Shown here piece after piece: positions 35,235-46,875 of a DNA stretch of 64,000 bases; the stretch's first letter is position 1, and every line of letters begins with the position of its first letter. The notes beneath the pieces are model-generated. The model did not search any database, was not told the origin of the DNA, and saw only the letters and a program-made list of their open reading frames with translations. The DNA comes from Callorhinchus milii (Eukaryota): contig NW_024704743.1 of NCBI RefSeq assembly GCF_018977255.1, positions 43,898,001 to 43,962,000 on the forward strand, in the 5' to 3' direction. The position numbers and the translations under genes were made by a program.

Positions 35235-37325
35235 ACAAGAGAGGGTGACCAAAGGCACAGTCGAAGAGGAGGGTCTTGAGACCCGTCTTGAAAGAGGCAA
35301 GGGAGGGGTGAGGCAGAGGAATTGCGAGATGGAGTTTCAGAGGGTAGGGACAGAGTGGTAGGGGACGTGAAGCAGGCCGGAGCCCGCTGAGTGAAGGGAG
35401 CGGGCAGGTAGATAGGGGTTTAGGAGGTCACAGAGGTAGGGGGGGAGCAAGGCCATGGTGGGCTTTGAAAGTGAGGACCAGGATCTTGAACTGTATCCTC
35501 TGTGTGATGGGAAGCCAGCTGAGTCGGGCGAGTATGTGGGCGATAGGGTCATGGAGCTTGGTGCTGGAAAGGACATGGGCTGCACAGTTCTGGATGATCT
35601 GCAGCCTATGGAGGGAGGAGTTGGGGAGGCTGACAAGCAGGGAGTTTGCGTAATTGAGCCTGGATGTTATGAATGCGTATATAAGGGTTTCAGCGGCCTG
35701 CGGTGTGAGGCAGTGGTGGAGCCGAACAATGTTGCGAAGGTCGGGGAAGGCCGAGCAGGTCATGGCATGGATGTGGGGTAGAAAGGATAGTTGAGGGTCA
35801 AACAAGACACCAGGTTCCAGACTGGCTCAGTGAGGTGGAGTGTACATCCTTGGATGGTGATGCTGTCAGGGCCTGAGGTGTGGCGGGGCTGACGGGAGCC
35901 AATCAAGGAGTGCCTCGGTCTTGTTGATGTTCAACTGTAGAAAGTTAGCTCTCATCCAGGACTTGATATAATGTATATTATGTAATTATAATTGTCAGCC
36001 TTTTGTATTGCAAAGTTTGTAACTAACATTATGTTTATAATACTTTTGAAAAGAAATGAAAATGTGCAATGTTTTCCAATAGATAGAATGGAATGCAAAA
36101 TTACAGTACAAATCAGGGCTCAGTTTATAAAATTATTTATGTGTCCTTAATATTGTAAGTTTAAAAGGGCATCAAATGTACAAGCACAGAAGCAATGTGT
36201 GTAAGCATTCTCAGGATGTGGGAGTGGTGTGATCTACTAATTATGTGGATTGACAAAGATTGCAGCTTTCTGGTGGTAGCATTATTGGTTTGTTTTGCTG
36301 GAAGTTTTTTTTGCATCTCTTTCTGAGTTGGCATGGAGAAGATATTACAAGAGGAAAAGCTTTTCATGAGTCCTCTTTGTTAAACTTGTCACAAGGAGAA
36401 GTCACTTATTGGTATTATTTTAACCCTTACATTTGATACAAAAATCTTCTGTCAATTGCAGAGCGTTTACTTTGATGCAAGAAATGTGAATCTAACTCAA
36501 AATGCTGAGATTCAATATATGGTGTTTAAGCATCTGAATATTTCCTTTATGATTTACTGCAGAAATGTTCAAGATCTGAAACCATTTATAAATAAAAATC
36601 TGAATTTAATTTTGTTTGCACACTCCACACGCCTAATAATAATCCCTCAAGAAAAAAAATGATAAATTGGTCACTTCAATCTACGACTGTTTGTGGAACA
36701 TTGCTGTGCGCAATTGGCTGCCGCGTTCACCCACAAATATACAGTCAATTCACTTTACAGTGTGTTCTGTGAAGCGCTTTGGGACGTCCTCCCGACGTGA
36801 AAAGCGCTATATCAAATGCAAGGATTATTATTATTGATGTCTGACAGACATTCAGTCAGGACAGCAGTGGTCCTGGAGTTGAGGGTGGAGGCAGAGAGAT
36901 AGCGTTGGGTGTCATCTACATGTGGAAGTTGACCCCAGGTCTACGGATGATGTCACCAAGAGTGAGCATATAGATATTAAAGAGGAGGGGACCAAGGACA
37001 GAGCCCTGAGGAACGCCAAACGAGACAATGCAGGGACTAGAGTAGAAGCCATTGTGGAGATGAATTGGAGACAGTGTGAGAGGTGGGATCTGAACCATTC
37101 AAGGACAGAGCCATGAAGATTGAGGTGAGGCAGCAGAGAGGTTAAGGATAAGGATAATGAGGAGGCAGAGGGAGCCCTGTGCTGTGGGCAGCACTGAAAA
37201 TCCGAAAGGAAGGGTTCATGAAGGGAGTGGCAGGATAGGAAGGAGCGTAGCTGGGAAACAATGACTCATTCCAGGACCTTGGAAAGGAAAGGGAGGTTGG
37301 AGATGGGGCAGTAATTTGAGAACAA
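35235..37325 (-). mobile_element. Single L2 ORF2 copy (35235-35967 and 36839-37325) split by an 866-bp insert
   Basis: [35 protein letters not shown]; the halves join exactly at ccaggacttgat/gtctgacagac. Confidence 0.9.
36622..36833 (+). mobile_element. Young SINE, 5'-truncated
   Basis: Begins actccacacgcctaataat; intact stem-loop and (tta)n tail. Confidence 0.93.
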
Positions 37326-38039
37326 CTGAAAGCACTTGACAAAGATCATGAGGATAATAAGTAAATTAATAAGTAAATCCAGATGAATTAGGCAATAGAT
37401 TAAACTTGAGTCTTATATTCTTCAAATTGCTTCTTAGCAAATTTCTGTCCACACTAATTTATGACTTTACAACATTCTTTGAGAGTTTCTATACCATGCC
37501 TTAGGTGTGAAATCTGACCAGCATTCAGTGGTCGATCGCCAATTTAAAATGTTTACTTCATACATTTATAACACTCATCTCAATTCATTCAGCAAAGAAG
37601 GCATCATTTAATGCACACTACCTGTTGCCTCCATCCTGTCTACAATAATGAAGTTGCACCATGTATATATGCTCCTCCAACCACCATTCTCGGAGACTAA
37701 TCTACGAGTTCACATTCCTTGTTGTCAGCTGCTACCACCCATTGAGGTGACCATGATGCCACTGTCAAGATTATCAGCGACAACATCAGAACCTTAGGGA
37801 ACAACATGGATGATATCATCCATCTTACGCATGACAAGGCAGCTTGAAGGCATCTGGTTCATTCAGTTCCAGCTGTGAAGCATATGTGCCAGCAGTCTCA
37901 ATCAAATCAATCAGGTCATGACAATGCTGAAATTTTCCAGCTCTTTCAGTCAGTCAAGAGTTTTGCAAAAGGCAATGTTTCAAAAGACTCGATTTCATGG
38001 TCATCAAGTCAGCTGGATTAATACTGTTTCAAGCAAATA

Positions 38040-39250
38040 AAAGTCCTTTCTCTGTCCCTACTCCCCGCCCTTCGTTACTCCCACTGAGTCCTACTGCCCT
38101 CCCCGTCTTCTTTCTCTCCTGGAACCCTCCCGCAGTCTCCCTCTGCTCCGGCCCAAGCAGCCTCTGCCAGGCTCACCACGGCACTTGGTTGTCCTAGAGC
38201 AGCCAACCCCGACTGTCTCATCCCCCACCTACTCCGTAAGGCTCGCCTCCAACAGGTAAACCCCACTTCTCACATCCACATCCTTCCCAACTCTCTCCCC
38301 TCATAATTGACAGTCATTCCCCCCATAATATACAACCTCCCCAAACCCTCCCCTGCCTGCAACCCCATTCACATTGGCCTCCAAAATGTCCGCTCCTTCT
38401 CAAACAAAGGTCTTGTAATACACAACCTCATCCTGGATGAGCAAATAGACATTCTTGCACTCACAGAAACCTGGCTATCCCCTGGTGACACTGTCCCATT
38501 TGTCGAGCCTCCGCGCCTGGTTACACTTCTCATCACACCCCCTGCAGTGGTGGCCATCATCTCCCAAACCTCCCTTGGTCTATCCCCCTATTCATCTGGC
38601 TGTTTCCCCTCTTTTGAGCACCTCACCCTCGACCATCTCTTCTCCCTCTCCTTCAAAATTTTCTGAGTCTACCGACCCTCAAACCTACTGGCTCCTTCCT
38701 CACGGCCATCTGTCCCTTCTCTCATCCCTGCCCCTCTGCACGAAACACCTGCTCATAATGGTTGATTTCAACTATCTCAATTCCTCCTGCCCCATCTCCT
38801 CTGACTTCACCGCCCTACTCTCCAACCTAAATCTCACCCTCCACGTAAACTCCCCAATCCACAACTGTGGCCAGCCCCTCGACGTCGCCATCACCCATGA
38901 TCTAGACATCTATGATCTGACCATCACAGACATGGCCATCTCAGACCACTTCCTCATCTCCCTCTCTTCTCATATCATTCTTCCCTCCTCCAAGCCCTGC
39001 ACCAATCTTTTTCCACACATGGGAAAAGCTTCCCCCCGATTCCCTTACAATTGCCTTATCTCCCTCTGGCCTTCCACCTGTAGTGGTCCGTCCGCAGCCA
39101 ACAAGCTGCTCAATGATCACCTTTCATCAAGTTACGGTCACCTTACCCCTCCCTCTGCTACTGGCTCGAGAGAGTCAGACTTCGCCACTTCAAGCCCTCT
39201 GGGATGCTACCCCGTGTAAAAGGTGCTATATAGATGCAAGTTGTTGCTGT
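38040..39250 (+). mobile_element. L2 5' region with AP-endonuclease domain joined to an L2 3' tail
   Basis: IGLQNVRS..DILALTETWL..LIMVDFN..H..G..LD..ISDHFLI; from about 39130 tail sequence like 730-844. Confidence 0.85.
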
Positions 39251-39279
39251 CCGGTGGCAATGTTTTCATCTTATAATAT

Positions 39280-39560
39280 TAATAATAATGCATGCATTTG
39301 ATATAATGCCTTTATGTCACGTGGATGTCTCAAAGCACCTCATAGGATATACTGTAAAGTGCAATAACTGTATGTTGGGGAAAACGTAGCAGCCAATTTG
39401 TGCACATCAATGTCCCACTTTCAGCCAATCTGGGGTAAATGCCTTCTCTTTTTGAATAGGGCCATGGGATCTTTAAAGTTCGGGAAGTCAGTTTAACTTC
39501 TCAACCAAAGGACAGCACGTCTGAGAATGCAGCATTCCCCCAGCACAGCCAGCTCAGACT
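39280..39560 (-). mobile_element. Old DeuSINE-type SINE
   Basis: (taa)n..gcatttgata..gcagccaatttgtgcac..gccatgggatcttt. Confidence 0.78.
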
Positions 39561-39634
39561 ATAAATATGAGTTTCAAATCCTGACATTTTTCATAACATG
39601 GAAAATATGGATTGTGGGATTAAGGAGACTGATA

Positions 39635-40095
39635 AAATGCAGATTCGCCAGAGCCAAGTTTTGGGACCACGAAGTGTGCTGGGACACTACCCTTTGTGAG
39701 GGGCGCTACATAAATGCAAGGTGTTGTTGTTGTGAAGTGCAACCAGCTAAAACCATGTAGCTTGCTATTATGAACGTATATGGAGCATTCAGCAGTGAGA
39801 ATTAAAGATGTTGACCAAAGTACAGCTGTAAAGATACACTTCTAGAGGGTTCTGAAACTAGGGAGAGTGGAAAGGGAGGCAAAGAAATTTAGCAAGTGAG
39901 GATAGTGGTAGCTGAAGGCCAACCACCAATAGTGCAATGGAGAGAGTGAGCAATGAGAAATGGTCAGAGCCATGGAGGATTTGGGCAGGAGGGTAGGGTT
40001 TGAGGAGATTGCATAGGAAAGTAGAGGCAGGATCATGAGATCATGACACAATTTGAAGTTCAAAACAAAGGTCTTGAAATCTATCCACTTCATCC
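39635..40095. mobile_element. Family X fragment (39635-39775) with an L2 tail inside, followed by an old L2 fragment (about 39800-40095, minus)
   Basis: gagccaagttttgggacc..cagctaaaaccatgtagcttgc; gggcgctacataaatgcaag-(ttg)n; gctgaaggcc..ggtcttgaa. Confidence 0.55.
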
Positions 40096-40642
40096 ATCAA
40101 GAGGATTTTGCTGCAAATGTTCATTTGTCCGTTATTCATCAGCATGTTTTGAGTGACTGGGAAATTCACAGCAGGTCAATCAGTATGTTAAACAAACACA
40201 GTCATAGTTTAGACTAGGACCCTTTATCAGAAAGGAAACAGGAGCCCTGTGTCCCTCCGCATACTCAAGCTTTCTCATCCAGATGTTGTTTTATCTACTG
40301 TGGTTTTTCCATTCTTTGCTATTTCCATTCAGATGTCAAGGGTTCACGCGTATTTTTTTAATTTCTGTAGCTGCAACTCAACTTCTGTCAGAACTGCCAC
40401 ACCAGTTACTTTGAAGTGGGAAGAAAGTGTTAATCCTGCCATAACCTGAAAGTGCATTGTGCTGCTGCACAATCTACAATTTTGAAAACCTGAGTAATTA
40501 GACACATTTATGAACAAAGTTCATCTTGAGAGCTCTGTTTTATTATCTCATTTATTACCATATTATCAATTATTAAATTATGCATGATTTAGAAAAATTG
40601 CAATTTTGCATTAAAATGGTTCAGCAAGCAGGGGCATGCATA

Positions 40643-40955
40643 TAATAATAATCCTTGCGTTTGATATAGTGCCTTATCATGTCTTCTAGACGTCTCAAAG
40701 CGCTTCACAGAATATGCTGTAAAGTGAATTGACTGTATATTTGTGTGCGAAACACGGCAGCCAATTGCACACAGTAGTGTCCCACAAACAGTCGTGGATT
40801 GCAAATGACCAATTTATTATTGTTTTGTATTTTGGAGGGATTATTATTAGGCGTGTGGAGTAAGGAAACTTGCCCAAGGTTTCGCCCTGCCTGGAATTGA
40901 ATCCCGATGTCTCGCTTGCAAGGTGAGTGCTCTAACCACTGAGCTAAAGGACTCC
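40643..40955 (-). mobile_element. Young SINE, full length, with 39-bp tandem duplication at its 5' end (to 41008)
   Basis: Matches 46394; tctaaccactgagcta.aggactccatgaaaaacatcag occurs twice. Confidence 0.93.
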
Positions 40956-41160
40956 ATGAAAAACATCAGTCTAACCACTGAGCTACAGGACTCCATGAAA
41001 AACATCAGTCAAAAAAATAATGTTAAATTTTGTTGGGAAAAAATCATATTGGATTGATGCAAAACCTGCAGTACAACTGTAAACATAAGTAATGTAAAAG
41101 AACAGATATCGAGCCCCATACTTTGTTAGCTTCAAGTAAGCTATAATGCAAAAATATAAA

Positions 41161-41315
41161 TTGCTCCAAGGAGAGAGTATGCATTCCATTTTGACAATCT
41201 GTCTCTGGGATTTTCATGTGCAGGTGGGATGCATGGAAACTCAGCTTGGTTTGGATACTCTTAAGCATGATGATGGTTTACTGCATGGGTCCGACACCTG
41301 GCTGACAAAAAAAAA
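41161..41315 (+). mobile_element. Family X 3' end with poly-A
   Basis: ctcttaagcatg..gtccgacacctggctgac followed by an A-run. Confidence 0.75.
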
Positions 41316-42669
41316 CAGGAAGTTTAACACTCAAGAGAACATATAAATGAACTGAATGTTCAAATATTTCAAAGGTAGTCTGCTTTCCACCTTTAAATTT
41401 CTAATTTCACTGAAGAGCAGACAGACCCACCAGCTCTTTGCTCATATTACAAATTAACAAGCATTGAAGCCTCGACTATCAGAGCACTGCACATTAGCCT
41501 GCCTGTATTGCATGCAGAGCTGTGCTTTGCTTAAGCTTGCACCACAACTCCAGTCTGTCGCCTCATGCTGCTCTACTGCAGTACGTCTGAGTATAATTGG
41601 GCCATTACTGATAGTCATACAACAATGAAGGGTAAATTAATAGAAAATTGCATGGCAAGAAAAGAAAACAAGGAAAGAAGAGAGAATAGTGAAAAATAGG
41701 CAATACTAGCAAAACTGAAAGTATGGATTTATTCTGGAGGAGATTTGGTTTAGAACGTGTATTATTTATTAATATGACAATTGTAAAGTTATCATTAGCA
41801 TCTCAGTAACTTAGTTTTGTATAGATGGCTCTTCAGCTTCACAGTATGTGATGCGAAAAGGGAAGAAATGGCCACACAAACTGTCCCAGATACCTCAGTG
41901 AGTAAACAAACTATGTGCTGTGGTATTGATACATACAAATCAGGTTCACTCACTGGTCTATATAGAGTGAGCTTGCCTACGAAAAACAGTCATGAAATTT
42001 GACAGGAACTACTATAAAATGCTGTTTTGTTGTCAAGCTAGGAAGAGGGAAAGTGGTCCAGGTTTCCTGGCACTGTTCTCTATCCAATGACTCCCCCTAG
42101 AAAGTGCACAAGTGTGGATAGTTAGAGTCCTGGCTCACATCTGGACACTGGATTAAAGTGCTGTAGGAGTATCAATGCCTGTGGACTCATATTCCCATTG
42201 GTCACTACATTCCAGAGTGGACGAGAGAAAGGGGCCCTCATTAAAAACTTAAAAGAACTTATTTTTTGATCCAGGAAGAAAAAGAAAAAAGAAATAGTTT
42301 TTTTTTGTAAAAGCACACACAGGAAATCTAGACACTAACTCAGTAAGGAGAAAAACTGTTTGGAGTATGGATTTCGTGTAATTAATTCTTTCTGCATCAA
42401 TTAGCTCAATGCATGAAATTTCCTGGTCTATCGTGTTATTTGGATACAAGTGTAATTGCCTTAATTTCACAGTACCACATCACATTGAGGGTGATATCAC
42501 ATGATACTCAGAAAAAGAGTTACAAATAGCAAGTCCTTCCAGCTCTGCTCAAGCTACACCTAGAATACTGCATAAAGTTCTGGTCATCACAATATAAACA
42601 AATCCAGATCCAAGAAGCGAATGCAGAAGAGAGTAACGAGGATGATCCTCAGTGTTAGAGAAATTATTT

Positions 42670-43165
42670 ATAATAATATAATAATAATTCTTGCATTTGA
42701 TAGCGTGCCTCATCACATCTTCGAGACGTCCCAAAACACTTCACAGCATATACTATAAAGTGAATTGCCTGTATATTTTGTGGGCAAAATCGTTGTTCAT
42801 AATTATTATGAGCAACAATTAGACTAATTAGGCCTCTCCAGTCTTGAAAGGAGACATATCAGAGGCCCCTCTAAAGGTATATAAAATGTTAAATGGGATT
42901 GAGAAAATAAACCCAAACAATATTTTCAAATGCATCCAGACAGCAGGTATAGGAGAGCATAGGTTGAGGGTTGCAGAGGGCAAATTTAAGGCAGACACAA
43001 AATATTTATTTATGCAGAGGATGATTTATGACTGGAACAGGTTTTCTGGAAGGGTGGTTGGGGTCAGGATCCCAGATTTAGTGGATAGGGCGGGTAGTCT
43101 GGAAGAATGAGATCAAATTGGCCGAAGGGTCTTCTTCATCCGAACCAATCTTGCGATCTTTTAAC
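42670..43165. mobile_element. SINE tail (42670-42790, minus) and CR1 3' end (42815-43165, plus)
   Basis: ttgcatttgatagcg; translation KVYKMLNG..GEH..F.QR...WN typical of CR1 C-terminus. Confidence 0.7.
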
Positions 43166-43189
43166 CGTAAGTGCCTCACACCCACTTGA

Positions 43190-44420
43190 TGTGACAAGAT
43201 CAAAGTACGAGTCATTAATTGTGTCTCCAATTACAAATATTGTGTTTCAGACCCATAGTGTGTCATCTGAAAAGTTCTGCATTGCAACAACAGAACAATC
43301 ACCTGCAATTTTAATGCTCACATCAGTGGTGGTAGAAGTCATTAACGCTCCATCAGGATAAGGCAGTGAAATCTGCTTTAATGCAGCACATCAAGCAGCG
43401 GTAAAGTGATGCTATTTATTGTGTGGCTTTACATGGGTCTTGGTTCAATGACAATGATTGGAACGCAGGGTGGTGAAAAACAGGTACTGCGCTAACCCCT
43501 CTTACCTTGTGCTACATAAAGGAAATAATCAGCACCACAGGGCCCCTCGCCCAATGGGAATTAAATCTGAACCGTTATTTTTTCCATTTTATAAAACTTT
43601 AAAAAACGCCTAAAGTGACCAGCATTATTACTCTGGATGGAATATAGGGCAGCGACAGGAGCAAACCTCTTAATACCAAAGGTTCTGTGCATACAGTGTA
43701 GCTTTGAACCACACCACAAATTCCAGCTAAATATTTTACTCTCTGATGGTCCGGCCTGCAATCATCATCTCCACTATTAGTGATAAATTGTGCCTTGTGA
43801 TTGTGAGCTTGGAAAAAGTAAGAATTATTTATCCAGGTTTAAAACAACTGATGGAAGAGAGGCTCTTTAATAGTGTCCATGAACAACACATTCTGCCCAA
43901 TAAAAATATCACAGGTATGCACGAGTACGTGTATGAAGGGATGTGAGTGTGACTGCTGGCATAAAGGTGCTTCACTCTCAGCAAGTTTTCTTGTTGGATA
44001 TTAGAGACATAATTGTGCATAATTGAGTGTGGGCTTCGCTCTAGTGTATTTTACTGCCACTGATAAATACTGCATTTTAAAGGCACACAGCAAACATATT
44101 CCTCCACACAAATATAAAATAAGTCCTAAATTTCTTTGCATTTCTTTTATTTAAATGCTGCTGTTAAAATTACATGCAGATTACATAAAACCATACAAGT
44201 CCTAACTGGGCATAATGCAATTGAAACTTCATTACTTGTGAGGTTTTTATGTAGTCAGCGGACTTATCATTTGAATGTGTGTGTCACAACAGCGCCCATG
44301 GATAGATCACAACAGGCCATCTCATAGAAGTAACAGCATGTATTCTGAAAAATGAAATAGAACAACAGCGTCTGTTGACCAGGCATGAGTGCATTGGAAC
44401 AGATTCTACAAGTACAATCA
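43190..44420. promoter_or_regulatory. Candidate conserved non-coding block
   Basis: 1.2 kb with no recognisable repeat, many TAAT/ATTA, TTTAT and AACAAT words; conservation not tested. Confidence 0.3.
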
Positions 44421-44468
44421 GCAGCTAGAAGTTTCTGTTTCAATTATATGTCCATACACACACACATA

Positions 44469-45052
44469 CATCTCCTCCTTGAGGGGAGAGGTAAGCGGGG
44501 TCTCCTTGGAATTGAACTAGCTCTAAGATGACACGCTGGCAACGGAATGTCAGAATCGAGTCAGCTCTCTGTGATGGTCTCAGTAGTCTTGTTCCTGAGC
44601 TAGGGCAGGTCCACAGTTTTCCAGGGCACTGCTGATGACAGCAGAGCTAGCCTGGCTCATTGGCAGGACCTAGAATGGCAGACCAATGACTGGGAGCAAC
44701 CCACTCATCTCCTGTTAACCCTACAAGCCAAAGCCCTAATGGGTAGGGTGGTCCTAGCTGGAGAAGCAGCAGGATCAATGGCAAGCTATACAGTTTTAAT
44801 TGATTAGACTCCAGCAGTACCCCAATGCACACTCTGGGGTCCCCAAGCCTTGGCTTTGGCCAACCTGTGCCTTATGCTGTCCAGAAGTGGGATGTGTCCC
44901 TCCAGGGAGAGAGTGAGCATTCCATTCCAACAATTTAGCTCTGGAATTTCCATGTGTAGATGGGATGCATGGAATTCTCAGTTTGGTTTGGTTACTCTTA
45001 AGTATGGTTATGGGTTTTCTTATGTATCAAATATCTAACTGACCCCAAAAAG
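44469..45052 (+). mobile_element. Family X retroelement
   Basis: Ends ctgaccccaaaaa; acacacacata on both sides (44458-44468, 45053-45063). Confidence 0.8.
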
Positions 45053-45440
45053 ACACACACATAGGCAAAAACACACATGAGCACAGACACACAAACACAT
45101 ATGAGCACACACAAACCAGCACACACATACACGGGTATAAACACACATGAGCACACACATATACATGAGCACACATACACACGCCTAATAATATCCCACC
45201 AAAAAAGAAAACAATAATAAATTGGTCATTTTCAATCCACGACTGTTTGTGGGACACTGCTGTGCGCAATTGGCTACCGCATTTCGCCTACAAATATACA
45301 GTCAATTCACTTTACAGCATTGAGAAGTCTAGAAGACGTGAAAAGTGCTATATCAAATGCAAGGATTATTATTATTATTACGCACACAAGTATATAATTG
45401 GGCATGTACACACAAACATGCACATTCATGCACATATTCT
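45053..45440 (+). repeat. Degenerate (CA)-rich tract with a nested 5'-truncated SINE (45178-45380)
   Basis: acacacatgagcac repeats; SINE body and (tta)n tail. Confidence 0.85.
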
Positions 45441-45799
45441 CCCTTATTCCAGCCTGGAAGAATACTGGATTGATGTATTGGCATAATAGGCTGTTTTAGG
45501 AAGTTAGGAAATAATAATATGGACAAAGACAGAGTTTAAAAATTAGGGAAATAGCAAAGGTTGTTATAAATAAAAGAAAAAGTGACTATTAATGAAGAGA
45601 GTGGGTATTACAAAGATGCTGGATAGGATGACAAAATGGCTAAACACAGGAGTAACAATAATAACATGCATTTATACAACACCTTTTAAATAAAAAGAAA
45701 TGTTTCAAAGGGCTTTCCGAAGTATAGTTGATTAGAAATGAAATGACTGCTGTTACATAGACAAATGAATAGTTAAACACAAGAATATTTTGCTTTGGT

Positions 45800-46380
45800 C
45801 TCCCCACTGGAAAAGGGGATACAATACCAGAGGCTCAGGGAAATTCAGAGCTTACTCAAGGGGGAAAAAAATAAAGGATTAGTATAGACAGAATGAGACG
45901 TGAGAAAATAATAAGACTGAAAACAAACAAATCTCCAAACCGTGGATGTTTCCATCTCAGGTACCAAAAGAAGAATGGAAAGAAATTGAAGATGTACTTA
46001 TTATAATTTTCCCAAACTCCTTGGATTTAACAACAACAAATTGCATTTATATAGCACCTTTCACATTGGGAGGATGTCCCAGATCAATTGGATGGCAGCA
46101 TATGTTAGACCCTTATACAAAGGAGAGTAAGAAGCAATCGGGTTTAATGTCAATAGTGGGAAAATTACTAAAATAGGTCATGAGCGACAGAGAGACCAGA
46201 GGGACCATTGACCAGGATAATCTAATAAATGATTATCAGTCTGTTTCTGGGAGTTGGTAGGTTAGAAGAGGATCTATTATTAATAGGTAGACATAACAAT
46301 GGAAGCACTCAACAAGCAGATGAACAAAGGCATCTTGGGTTCCAGGTACACAAGTCATTAAAAGCTAGTTCATATTTACA
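45800..46380 (+). mobile_element. Degenerate CR1 ORF2 fragments with an L2 tail (46028-46082, minus)
   Basis: actgaaaacaaacaaatctcca (LK.NKSP); tcaatagtgggaaaattact (SIVGKLL); tcttgggttccaggtacacaag. Confidence 0.6.
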
Positions 46381-46393
46381 TGACATGACAAGT

Positions 46394-46718
46394 GGAGTCC
46401 TGTAGCTCAGTGGTTAGAGCACTCGCTTTGCAAGCGAGAGACCTGAGTTCAATTCCAGGCAGAGGGCGAAACCTTGGGCAAGTTTCCTTACTCCACACGC
46501 CTAATAATAATCCCTCCAAAACCAAAAACAATAATAAATTGGTCATTTTCAATCTACGACTGTTTGTGGGACATTGCTGTGCGCAATTGGCTGCCGCGTT
46601 CGCCCACAAATATACAGTCAATTCACTTTACAGTGTGTTCTGTGAAGCGCTTTGGGACGTCCTCCCAACGTGAAAAGCGCTATATCAAAATGCAAGGATT
46701 ATTATTATTATTATTATT
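46394..46718 (+). mobile_element. Young tRNA-Ala-head SINE, full length (reference copy)
   Basis: A box TAGCTCAGTGG, anticodon arm CTCGC-TTTGCAA-GCGAG, B box GAGTTCAATTCC, CORE-like ccttgggcaagt, Deu-like tgctgtgcgcaattggctgccgcgtt, L2-type tail; TSD aagt. Confidence 0.95.
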
Positions 46719-46790
46719 AAGTGATGCTAGAGGAGTACCTGTCCATAGTGCACATATACAGTGTCCATGGCAATGGCAACATTACAGTCA

Positions 46791-46875
46791 AAATAATTGC
46801 TAAAAAGGGGAAAATAATCCTAAAAGAATCCTGAAAAATAATTGCTAAAAAGGGAAAAATAATCCTAAAAAAATT
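46791..46875 (+). repeat. Tandem duplication, period 45 bp
   Basis: aaataattgctaaaaaggg.aaaataatcctaaaa occurs twice. Confidence 0.85.

Noticed and set aside
46394..46470. tRNA-Ala(TGC) genes
   Set aside because: No proper acceptor stem, and each is followed by SINE body and tail; these are SINE heads
46474..46803. Recurrent ORFs MGKFPYST.LIIIPPK (also 13383, 40695, 56741) as a small-protein family
   Set aside because: They are translations of the SINE body from non-ATG starts; the similarity is just repeat identity
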